Positions 13,724 to 24,994 of a DNA stretch of 64,000 bases are shown one piece after another. The DNA is from Mobula hypostoma (taxonomy: Eukaryota), in NCBI RefSeq assembly GCF_963921235.1, contig NC_086097.1, positions 234,052,001 to 234,116,000 on the forward strand, read 5' to 3'. Position 1 is the stretch's first letter; each line of letters opens with the position of its first letter. A program made the position numbers and the translations under genes. The notes beneath the pieces were generated by a model that was given only the letters and a program-made list of their open reading frames with translations, was not told the origin of the DNA and did no database searches.

Positions 13724-14029
13724 TTAGTTTTGTCAGTGGCTGGGGTAGGGTTTTTTAGATTATTTGGTAGTTCATTGTTATTTGGATAAGCAGAAGAAGC
13801 TGATCAATCCAACTAATGTCCAAAGTTACACCCACCCTTTTCAAGTATAGAAACTTATTTCCAATGGGGTGTGGTGTGGGAAATAAAATAATCAATTTTT
13901 ACAATTCCTCAACAATACTGAACTCATGAAATATGAATTGGTTTTCATACTGTGTGTATTTTGTATTGTAATGCTGAAAATAAAGCAATTATTGATTCTG
14001 TGAAATGCATTAAGGCATGTTCTGTAAAA

Positions 14030-15005
14030 GCTTCGGATTTTCCACCTCGCTTGTCACCCATGGTTCCTTCACCCTACCATTCTTTATCTTCCTCTCTCTA
14101 AACATCGACCACATGTCCATAGAACATTTCCCGGCAAAATCATCACCCCAATTCACACCCATAAGTTCTAGCCTTATAGCCTCATAATTTGTCCTTCCCC
14201 AATTAAAAATTTTCCTGTCCTTTCTGATTCTATCCTTTTCCATGATAATGTTAAATGCCAGGGAGCGGTGGTCACTGTCCCCCAGATGCTCACCCACTGA
14301 GAGATCTGTGACCTGACCCAGTTCGTTACCTAACACTAGATCTAGTATGGCATTCCCCCTATTCAGCCTGTCAACATGCTGTGACAGGAATCCGTCCTGG
14401 ACACACTTAACAAACTCTACCCCATCTAAACCCTTGGAACTAATCAGGTGCCAATCAATATTAGGGAAGTTAAAGTCACCCACGATAATAACCCTGTTAT
14501 TTTTCCACCTTTCGAAAACCTGCCACCCAATCTGCTCCTCGGTATCTCTGCTGCTACCAGGGGGCCTATAGAATACCCCCAGTAGAGTAACTGCTCCCTT
14601 CCTTTTCCTGACTTCTATCCACACTGACTTAAAAGAGGATCCTGCTACATTACCCACCCTTTCTGTAACTGTAATATTATCCCTGACCAGTAATGCCAAC
14701 CCTCCTCCCCTTTTCCCCCCTCTCTATCCCTTTTAAAGCACTGAAATCCAGGAATATTGAGAATCCATTCCTGCCCTGCTGCCAGCCAAGTCTCTGTAAT
14801 GGCCACTACATCATAATTCCATGTATGTATCCAAGCTCTCAGTTCATCACCTTTGTTCCTGATGCTTCTTGCATTGAGGTACACACATTTCAGCCCTTCT
14901 ACCTTACTACCTTTACACCGTTTATTCTGCTTCTCTTTCCTCAAAGCCTCTCTATATGTTAGATCTGGCTTTACTCCATGCACTTCTTTCACTGCTCTAT
15001 CGCTC
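14030..15005 (-). mobile_element. CR1 ORF2 N-terminal AP-endonuclease fragment
   Basis: YLNARSI, AITETWL, YRPP, GDFNFP, ILDLVL and SDH motifs in ORFs 14645..14992 and 14010..14699. Confidence 0.9.
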
Positions 15006-17044
15006 TATCTTCTACTCTAATGCTGTGTCCTCTAGTCCTAGACTCACCCACTCTATGAAACATTCTCCCCACATCCATTCTGTCTAGGCCTTTTAATATT
15101 CGATAGGTTTCAATGAGATCCCCCTCATTCTTCTAAACTCCAGTGAGTACAATCCCAGAGCCATCAAAAGCTACTCATATTTTAGCCCTTTTATTCCCAC
15201 AGTCATTCTTGTACACCTTCTTCAAAGCCAGCACAGTTATTCTGAGATAATGAGCCCAAAACTGCCCACAATACTCCATGTGCAGTGTGGCCAATGCCTC
15301 AGCATTACATCCTTATTCCTATATTCTAGCCCTCTTGAAATGAATGTTAAAATTGCATTTGCTTTCCTTAGGAAATGAGCAAGAACAGACGTTACCTGTC
15401 TGGAGTAAATTTGGAACACCATTGTCTGTGGTTCTTGGATGAGAAAAACCTACAACACCAAGCTAAAGCAGACCAGAATACTCACTGACTTTTAGCTTTG
15501 CGTTGGACTTCCTAGTTTACAGTGTGGTGCTCACATCACCATCTACCAGATTGCATCATCAATATAACGGGCAGGATTTCCCTACATTTGGAATTACCGA
15601 ATTCAGGTATCAATTAGAACCTGGCAATATGCAAATGGAGTTACTTGTGCTAAGAAAGAGATTTGCTCTTCTTGTTGATCTGAGCTGGAATCATGGTCAG
15701 GGACATTCAAACTGAAACTGTGAACATTTCCTTTCTAAAATAAGTGGATGATCCTGTCACAACTGTGGACTCTGCCGCAGATTTTATGTGCCCGTGCTGC
15801 GGACCGTGCAACAGATTCGAACAATAGTGCTTGTGAGTAGACATAAGACATAGGAGCAGAATTAGGCCATTCAGCCCATTGAATCCACTCCGATATTTCA
15901 TCATGACTGATCCCTGATCCCATTCTACCCCATACACCCCCATTCAACCTAATGAATATGCAAGTTCCAGCTAAATAGTCTTCCATTATGTTTTTACTTA
16001 ACTTCCTTCTTTTCCTCCTCATCTTCTCGAGACTTGACCAAAAGCACAGCAACATTTACTGTCCTTGCTTACCATCATGCTTATCTGGGAAGGAGGACTA
16101 CCATTTTGACTAACGCTTTCAAGCGGTGATATTCATTTAGCATTAGTTGTTGTTTTCAGTCATAGTGCTGGTGTTAATTTTTAGTTAGAGAGTTTTAGTT
16201 CACAGCCCTGTTGGCCTCATGTTTATAGTTTTTTCTTTTCCTTTAAAATGTTGCAACTGTTCTCATTAAAGTCAGTGAACCGTTGACCGACGTTCACTGC
16301 TTCTGTCTCTCTGCACTTGGGCCATATCCGAAAGCTTTGACAAACCTCTAGTGCAAGAACCTCTTCTATTTTAATGACACAGCTGTCTGTCTCCCTGATT
16401 TCAGCTGATGCTTTTAAGTACCTTCTTGTCTGGTCAATTAACTTCTCTTTTTAGTTTCTCCTCCCATTTCAGGAGCAGTATTAAATGCCATGTCTTGACT
16501 ATTGTTAACACTCAAGTCATCTTTCAGCACTGTCAGAGATAGGTTCAGAGGTGATATGCTTTAAGCTCAAAGTGAACAACTTTAAATATTGGAGCAAATT
16601 TTAATCTATTTCTGCAAATAGAAAAATAGAGAACACTGTTGTGCTCTGTAGTATGATTAGGTGCTAAATTGTGTATGGTGTGCTCTTTGAACTGTGCGTG
16701 CCGAGATGGATAAAGCTCATTTCACATAGAATGCACACAATCATTGCGAGAGGCCATTTTATGACATTTCTGTTTTCTGAATACAAGACTTGACTTCATT
16801 ATTAACAGTGATACAGTTACTGACTGTTGTATCTCTATGATCTTATGAACAGTTGGTGAGTTTGAAGGAATCTTCTGTAATAAAGGAGATGTTGTATGAC
16901 TTGAGCCCAGGAGTTCCACTGATTTACTGCATAGTGGTGGTTAGTATTATGCAACTGTTTTCACAAGAGCAAAATCAAAATATTTTGGCCGTTATTGTAT
17001 AGTCAGTGACAAGTTATTGTTTTTACTGGAGCAAATACAATAAT

Positions 17045-17570
17045 CGGGTGCAAAGGGACTTGGAGTCCTTGTTTACTTGCAGGATGACTCAGTGCTAAGG
17101 AAGGCAAATGCAATGTTAGCATTCATTTCGAGAGGATTAGAATATAAAAGCAAGGATGTAATGCTGAGGCTTTATAAGATGAGCAGTTTCAGGCCCTTAT
17201 CTAAGAAAGAATGTGCTGGCATTGGAGGGCATCCAGAGGAACTTCATGAGAATGATCCTGGGGATGAAAGGGTTAAAACATGAGGAATGTTTGATGGCTC
17301 TGGGCCTGTACTCACCGTAGTTTAGAAGAATGGGGGGGGGGGGTTCTCATTGAAATCTGTCGAATATTGAAAGGCCGAGATAGAATGGACATGGAAAGGA
17401 TGTTTCCTGTAGTGGGAAAGTCCAGGACTATAGGGCAAGGCATCAGAATATAAAGACATCTCTTTAGAAGGGAGTTGAGAAGATCTTTTTCACCAGATGT
17501 AGGTAAATCTGTGGAATTCATTGCCACAGATGACTGTGGAGGCCAAGTCAATTCCCTACTTCTGCTCCTA
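17045..17570 (+). mobile_element. Degenerate CR1 3' fragment
   Basis: ORF 17077..17283 has KANAMLAFISRGLEYKSKDVMLRLYK. Confidence 0.8.
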
Positions 17571-17624
17571 TATCAAAAACAATAGGAAATCTGCAGATAC
17601 TGAAAATGCTTATTGGTTAGACCC

Positions 17625-18180
17625 AACGTATATTGGGAGATCACTTTGCCAAGCACCTACGCTCCATCTGCCAGAAAAAGCAGGACCCCAGTGGCCACCC
17701 ATTTTAATTCCACTTCCCATTGCCATTCCGATATGTCTAATCATGGCCTCTTCCACTGTCGTGATGAGGCCACACTTAGGTTGAAGGAACAACACCTCAT
17801 ATTCCACTTGGGTCGCCTCCAACCCGATGGCATGAACATCGATTTCTCAAATTTCCAGTAATGCCCCCTATCCCCCTCTCCTTCACCATTTCCCAACCGT
17901 TTTCCCTCTCTCACCTTATCTCATTGTCCACGCATCAATTCCTTCTGATGTTCCTCCCCCATTTTCTTTCTTCCATGGTGTTCTGTCTCTTTCACTTATC
18001 AACTTCATCCATCCCCCTTCAGGTTTCACCTATCACCTTGTGTTTCTCTTTCCCGTTCCCCCCACCTTTTAAATCTACTCCTCAGCATTTTTTTCTCCAG
18101 TCCTGTCAAAGGGTTTCAGCCCAAAATGTCGACTGTTTACTCTTTTCCTGGCCGGCTAAGTTTCTCCAGCATTTTGAGTC
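17625..18180 (+). mobile_element. Penelope-like element fragment (GIY-YIG C-terminus + pLTR)
   Basis: PVATHFNSTSH...LRLKEQHLIFHLGRLQPDGMNIDF, then a pyrimidine-rich UTR and a decayed hammerhead at ~18099-18134. Confidence 0.85.
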
Positions 18181-19774
18181 TGCTCCTATACCTTATGGTC
18201 TTACAATTTTTGTTCAAGGTTCAATGTTCAAAGTTATTTTACCATCGGAGTACGGAAATGTTACCGTATGTTGCCTTGAGATGCACTTTCTTGCAAGTAA
18301 TTACAGAGGAAAAAAGAAATACAATAAAATTCATGAAAAACAATACATAGTCAGATAAAGACCAACAAACGCTAATGTGGAAAAGAAAATAAACTGTGCA
18401 AGTAAAAATAATACCGATAACATAAATTATAACGAGTCTGTAGTTCAGAGCAGTGATGAATAAAGTTATTCATGCCAGTTCAAGAACCTGACGGTTGTAG
18501 GGTAATAATTGTTCTTGAACACGATGGCGTGGGATCTAAGGCTCCTGTACCTCCTACATGGTGGTAGTAGTGAGAAGATGGTTTCCCCTGGATATTGAGG
18601 GTCTTTGATGCTGCTTTCTTGTGGCAATGCTCCATGCCTTTGATGGACTGGGCTGCATCCACCACTTTTTGTAGACTTCGTTCAAAATGTGGTCGAGAGA
18701 TGGGACGAGAGGCGTTCTGGATGGTAGTGCAGAAGTGGTCAAGTGTGTTGGGTCCTCTAGTGCTGCAGGTATTGTGCTAATGATTAGCTGGGCAGTGAGT
18801 TCTTCAAGATAGCCTGATTGAAGCTCCTGGAAAGGATGTGAAAGGCATCAGGCTAGACCATTCCTTCTTGTGTGAGGACATCTACTTTGGAAGGAAAAAT
18901 CGAAGATCAGGTGATTAGAATATGGAACATGTAACACTGCAGCACAGTACAGGTCCATCAGCCCATGATGTGGCGCCAACCTTACTGCCTGCTTTATGAT
19001 CAATCAAACCGTTCCCTCCTACAGAGTCCTTCACTTTTCTATCATCAATGTGCTTATTGAAGTTTCTTAGATGCCCCTTATCTTGATGCCTCCACCATCA
19101 CCCCTAGAAGGTTGTTTCAGCACCACCACTCTGTGTGAAAAAAAACGTACTCCTATACTTTCACCTATAATGCCCTCTTGTTTCAGACATTTCTACCCTG
19201 GAAAAAAGTTTCTGTCTATCCACTCAATCAACGCTTCCTTATCTACGTTCATAATTTAAAGATAATAATCAGGCCTGTTTCTATTTCATTTGTTGCTACT
19301 GCAATATTTGAAATACAAAAGCTGATAACCAAGTACAAACATTAAATCATAGAATAATTTATTAATCACATCAATAATTAAATCGTAATTCCATTATTTT
19401 GCCGGAGCAACAAATTATGGAGGAGCTGCAGAGAAGCAAATTCACAGGGAACATTAAATTGCAGTTAATCTCTGGTCTTAATATTCAAAATTGCAACAAC
19501 TAAATAATGGAAATGGGAAACTATAACAAATGAAAAGTGTTGTGTTGGTGATACATCTCGAGGGCAAAAACTGAATGTAGAATAAAGAAGGCGTGTTAAT
19601 AGGCTAAAATTGCTGAGTGGCAGACCAAGTATAACGCTTTCATCTTTGCTGAGGGTATTCCTCTGTGTAAGTTGCCTGAATGATCCCTTCACATTTTCGT
19701 GTTCAAAATGGGAATGCAAGGAAGCTAGAGTCAGAGTCAAAGTCTAAGTATAGTTTATTATCAAAGCACATATA

Positions 19775-20260
19775 CACTCAGTGTCCAATTGATTAGATGC
19801 ATCCTGTACCTAATAAAGATCTCCAAGAGGACCACAGCCTTGCTGTGGTCTGGAGGCTTGCATGCCTCAATGATCCAGAGAGCTGTGTTGGCTGGAGCCA
19901 GTGTTTTATGCTTTGGCTCCTGATAAGATCACCCATACCAAGCAGGTCAGTGGGTAGAGGCCACATTCAGCGTGGTCCACTGGTCCTCCAGGTCTGGGGG
20001 TTCAGCTCAGGGCTAACAACCCTGACTGGTAAAACAAAATTGTTATGGAAATGGTAATGAAGAATCCTTCTACATCTGAGTGTGACGGTATTCCTAAGTC
20101 TCCATGCGGGACTTGCATGACTGACAGTAGTGAAAAGGAAGCTACTGACACGGAGAAGGAAGATCTGAACACTGTCAGAGATGGAGGACCTTTATTGCTG
20201 CCCTAAAGCCAGCATGGTAATGGGCAAAGTAAGTAAGTACCTAATAAAGAGGCCACTGTG
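19775..20260. mobile_element. Tiny Tc1-type palindromic MITE split by a retroposon insertion
   Basis: TA|CACTCAGTGTCCA...TACCTAATAAAG at the left and TACCTAATAAAGAGGCCACTGTG|TA at the right. The TIR matches the Tc1 end at 20895-20921. Confidence 0.75.
19819..20236 (+). mobile_element. Bipartite non-autonomous RTE-derived retroposon (partial copy at ~10560-10660)
   Basis: 13-bp TSD GTACCTAATAAAG (19806-19818, 20237-20249) and a (TAAG)n tail. The 3' part encodes RWRTFIAAL, like RTE ORF C-termini. Confidence 0.72.
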
Positions 20261-20539
20261 TAGATGCTTATGGTCTTCCACAGCTGTAGCCCACCCACTT
20301 CAAGGTTTGCTGTATTGTCTGGGCTTTGTATCTGAAGACTCACATTTGTTCTAGATGCTATTTGCTTACTTTTATTGTTTGCACAACTTGTTTTTTCTTC
20401 TTTCTGTACATTGGGTGTTGGTTGGTCTTTTATGTGTTCGTTTGGGTTTCTTGTTTTGTAGCTGCCTGTAAGGAAACAAATCTCAAGGTCGTATAATGGA
20501 GGCATACTTTGATAATAAATGTACTTTGAACTTTGAACT

Positions 20540-20921
20540 CCACACCACTGTTTTAACGTGTGGTTAGCTGAGTTACCATCGCCTTCCTCTCAGCTGGAAC
20601 CAGTCTGGCCATTCTCCTCTGATCTTTGTCCTCTGTCATTAACAAGGCATTTTTTTGTTTCTTGCACCTCTAGAGACTACTGTGCACGAGAGTTCTAGGA
20701 GACCAGTAGATTGTGAAATACTCAAACCACCACATCTGGCACAAAAAATCATTCCATGATCAAAGACACTTGGATCACATTTCTTTCCATTCTGATGTTT
20801 GGCCTGAACTTCTTGACATTTCTGAATGCTTTCAGGCATTGAGTTGCTGCGAGTGATTGGTGATCAGATGTTTGCTTTAAAGAGTAGGCTTACGGGTACC
20901 TAATAAAGTGTCCACGGAGTG
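20540..20921 (-). mobile_element. Tc1-like transposon fragment (TIR + N-terminal transposase remnant)
   Basis: ORF 20639..20839 (KCDPSVFDHGMIFCARCGGLSISQSTGLL...TVVSR) resembles the Tc1 paired-like HTH. The TIR ends ...GGAGTG|TA. Confidence 0.75.
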
Positions 20922-21062
20922 TACGTTACCATATACTACCTTGAGATTTGCTTTTTTTATTGCAAGGAATAAAGTAACAAAGAAATATAATGGAATTCTA
21001 TTGCATTTATGAAAAACTATACACAAACAAACACTGACAAACTACCTTTGCGCAAAAGGAAA

Positions 21063-21335
21063 TCACGGTAGCATGACGGTTAGCACAAAGCCATTACAGC
21101 TGAGTGTTCTGAGTTCAATACAGGTGCCATTTGTAAGGAGTTTGCAAGTTCTCTCATTGAACATGTGGGTTTCCTCGAGGTTTTCCTGTTTTCCTCCCAC
21201 ATTCCAAAGCTGTACCGGTTCGTAGGTTAACTGGTCATTGTAAATTGTCCTGCAATTAGGTGAGGGTTAATGTAGGTAGGTTGCTGTACGGTGTGACCCA
21301 ATAGGGCCTGTTCCACACTGTATTTCTAAATAAAT
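21063..21335 (+). mobile_element. tRNA-derived V-SINE-like element (other copies ~9700-9870 -, 11690-11830 +, 30190-30465 -, 46738-47015 +, 51300-51503 -)
   Basis: A-box and B-box-like head (GGTAGCATGACGGTTAGC ... GAGTTCAATAC). Central core GTGGGTTTCCTC...TTTCCTCCCACA. Ends in AATAAA repeats. Confidence 0.75.
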
Positions 21336-21611
21336 AACGAAAGAAAGAAGAGCTATTGTACAAATAAAAATAAATAACACTGAAAATATGGTCTTTGAAA
21401 CTGAGTCCTGGCGGTTGTGGCATCCGTTCAGAGTTGTGGTGAGTGAAGTTATCCATGCCAGCTCAGGAGATGGATGGTTATAGGGTAACTCTTCCTAAAC
21501 CTGGTTATGGAGTTGAGTAAAAGCACAGGTTCAGGCCACAGGTCATCTGAGTGAACTGGGCTGCTCTTGTCCTGTAGACTGCATTTCAATATTAAAGTAG
21601 ATTCTATATTC

Positions 21612-22369
21612 CAGCGGTCCCCAACCACCGGACCGCAGAGCATGTGCTACCGGGCCGTGAGGAAACGATATGAGTCAGTTGCACCTTTCCTCATTCCCTG
21701 TCACGCACTGTTGAATATAGGGTTACCAACTGTCCCACATTTGCCGGGACATCCCGTATATTGGGCTAAATTGGTTTGTCCCATACGGGACCACCCTTGT
21801 CCAGTAATTCCCACGCTGAGGTAGAGCATTCCTATGAAACTTTTCGTGCCGAAATGGCGTAAAGCGAAGAAGCAATCACCATTAATTTATATGGGAAAAG
21901 TTTTTGAGCGTTCCCAGACCCTAAAAATAACTTATGAAATCATAGCAAATAACACATAAAACCGAAAATAACACTAACATATAGTAAAAGCAGGAATGAT
22001 ATGATAAATATACAGCCTATATAAAGTAGAAATCATGTATGTACAGTGTAGTCGGGAAGATGAAGGCAAAACTGGTTTGTAGGAAAAAAATCAACACGTA
22101 CGTGCACGCGTACATCACGCATGCACACACAGGCGCCCGCGCAAGGCTTCATGGTCATGGTAGTCTTTCCTGGGGTAAAGTGTCCCGGGATTCGACTGCT
22201 ACTTTTGTCCTTTATTTGGGAGTGAGAAAGTTGGCAACCCTAACTGTAAAACAGATCTTCAGGTGAGTTTAACCCTACCTGAACACCCCACCCCCCCCGG
22301 TCAGCTGGTCCGCAAGAATATTGTCAATACTAAACTGGTCCACGGTGCAAAAAATGTTGGGGACCCCTG
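21612..22369. mobile_element. hAT (Charlie-like) MITE with an internal second hAT-type TIR pair
   Basis: TIRs CAGCGGTCCCCAAC and GTTGGGGACCCCTG. 8-bp TSD CTATATTC / CTCTATTC. Inner TIRs TAGGGTTACCAAC (21718) and GTTGGCAACCCTA (to 22242). Confidence 0.85.
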
Positions 22370-23584
22370 CTCTATTCTAATGACCTTATTTTGCATTCAT
22401 GTATGCTTACCCATTTAAAATGTTTGTAACTTCAAAATGTACATGAAGTTACACTTGGCTGATTTTGAACTTTATTCACATTATCTCATATTATGTAAAT
22501 TTGCTCCAAGATGCATCGATTTTTCACTTACAAATTGGCTCAATAATGCGGTTTTTGGAGCTTTACTGATCTTTGATGTTTCATTATAATTTAACAATTA
22601 TTGTCAAAGTAAGAAATTTAATGAGCCAAACCAATCTCATCTGAGTCCTGTACTACAGCAGAGCAGTTACTTTATTCCATAGTTGCCATGGAAATAAGAT
22701 GATACTTCAACCATAGTTTTCCTGTTTTTCCCATTTGAAATTAACCACTGGTGTTTGCCTTAATGCTGCAACACATCAAAATAATTCTATGTAAGTCACG
22801 GAGCAAAATGACAAATTATTCTATATTTAGTGGGGATCTCTTGTTTAAAATTGTCCTCTTACATTCCCTCAACTGAGGATTTATACTCTACATTTAGAGT
22901 TTCCCACAGGGCAGAATTGGTGGCATCAAAGTCACCTATTCATTATAACTCCTCTCAGCTGTGAGAACTGTTTAATTGTGAGCGCAAATTAATATGTTGT
23001 AGAAATGTGCTGGCAAGGGACTTGGTTACTTAGCTAACTACAAGGAATAGTAAATGTTGAGAGCAAATCAAGAAGATGAGTGCCTCTCACACTGCTTTTT
23101 TAAAAATTTATGATTATTATCACCCAGTACTCACTGTTTAAGAACCCATGAATTTGTCTGTTTTTTATTCAACTGTCTTTCTCCTCTTTCAAAGAAAAGA
23201 AAAAGTGTTTCAATTTTTTTCACTTGAGCGTTTCACTGATCTTCAACAGGTAGGTAGTTATCTCAGATTCATTTAGAACTTACTTATTGTCACTGTTATG
23301 TTTCATAACTCAAAAACATAGAACTATTTACAATAAAGAAATGGAGCTAGGAATAACATGTCCTAGTTTTGTTTTTATTTTAGCAAGATGAACACATATA
23401 TGATGTGGTAGTGTGATGATGTGTGTATGCCATTCACATACTTTTACATGAATTATTTATAGGAACGAGAATACTTAATCAAACAATATATTTACAATAT
23501 TACTCAAATAGTACTGAAATATTAAATACACAACACAAAATAGTGAAGGAACTTAGTGAAACAGAATGCAGAATACAGTGTAAC

Positions 23585-23969
23585 TGTCAAGGTCACTTCT
23601 GGCAATCCCCCACCTTGCTATTTACCTCAGAAATTGGGCCTCAATCCCCTCGTTTAATTTCCAATCATTCCCAGGTTCCACTAACTACGCACACCCTGCT
23701 TTCCATCAGAAAATGCAGGATAAAGACCCAGTGATCACACCAAGGAGCTGCCAGTTTGTTAGTTGACTCTGGTGTGAGTAACTGTGTTTCATGGTTCTTA
23801 GGACTGTCAGTTCTAAGTCTAGCATTGCTCCTGGATTCTCTCCAAACCCAAGACTTCGGGTAAAGGCTCTCCTGGAAACTGATTCCACGCTTGCTATGGC
23901 AATAATGCCTCTTGACTTTGCCCCTGCGCCCGTGTTCTGCACTTGGGTTCATCCACTGCCACGGTTGTA
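23585..23969 (+). repeat. 5' LTR
   Basis: Direct repeat of 28314-28703. The last few bases (..AACA) appear deleted. Confidence 0.93.
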
Positions 23970-23985
23970 GAATGAACTGAGCATA

Positions 23986-24994
23986 ATGAACCCAGTGGAC
24001 ATGGCTCCTGTACAACAGGCCCTCATCAGCCAGGGCTACCTAATGGGTGCCCACAACCAACTACTTGGGGAGGTCATGGAAAACCTTCGGATGCTACACA
24101 TGAATGTTTGGAAGGTCAGTGAGCAGGTGGACTGAGTTTCGGCTTCCCTTTCTCCATCCCCTCCAAGAACCTTGACTACCCAAACTGCACCGCTTGGGAT
24201 GGCGTAGCCCCTGGGATCAGCAACACAGTCTCCTTGAGGTCCATACATACTCGAGCCCGAACCCTATGCTGGAGACCTAGGGAGGTGCCAGGCCTTCATG
24301 TTACAATGCTCTCTGGTCTTTGAGCCATAGCCACATACCTACACTTCAGATAAATCCAAGATTGCGTACATCATGGATCTGTTATGAGGGGATGCCTTGG
24401 CTTGGGCAAAAGTGATATGGGATAACCAACCAGAGGTTTATTCTTCCTTCCCCTCCTTTGTTGCTGAAATAGGGAAGATCTTTGAACAACCCATTCATGG
24501 CAAGGACACCGCTAAACGCTTGCTGACTCTTTGTCAGGGTTCGCAAAGCGTAGCAAGGTATTCCATCAAGTTCCAAACTTTAACCATAGACTCAGGGTGG
24601 AATGACGAGGCTCTACGGAAGGTGTTTCAACAGGGTCTCTCAGACAAGATAAAGGATGAACTGGCAGCGAGGGACGACCCGGACTGTCTGGACTCTGATC
24701 CCGCTAGCCACTAGATTAGATAATCGACTTCAAGAGCGGCTGAGAGAAAGAACCATTCGCCCCGCTCCTCGGGGAAGCCCACAGTCCACCTTATCAGTCT
24801 CAGCCAGCCTCCCTTCCCCAGCCGCTCCAAGTGCAGCTCCTGCTGCGACCGTCCCCACCACCCTGGGGGAGGAACCGATGCAGCTGGGACGGAACCGGTT
24901 CTCTCCGGCCGAACTACTTCAGAGGTGGAGAGCTGGGGATTGTTACTATTGTGGCCAGCCAGGACATGTCCGGGATACCTGCCCTCAGCAGTGA
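23986..24994 (+). pseudogene. gag: gag remnant (capsid + CCHC zinc knuckle)
   Basis: ATG at 23986 (MNPVD...QQALISQG). AWAKVIWD, LCQGSQSVARYSIKF, FQQGL, EEPMQLG and CYYCGQPGHVRDTC. Contains stops and frameshifts. Confidence 0.9.

Noticed and set aside
15396..15452. Possible 54-nt minus-strand exon (tgtag|...|gtaac), open in all frames
   Set aside because: Weak acceptor, no recognisable protein and no partner exons. RNA-seq would be needed.
16438..16630. Minus-strand acceptor-like site and PLNLS-containing frame
   Set aside because: All three frames from the acceptor hit stops, and the PLNLS frame has a stop just upstream.
21063..21130. tRNA-like A/B boxes
   Set aside because: Degenerate SINE head that does not form a cloverleaf, so it is not a tRNA gene.
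23294..23535. Possible solo LTR (TGTT...AACA)
   Set aside because: No matching TSD and no second copy in the window.
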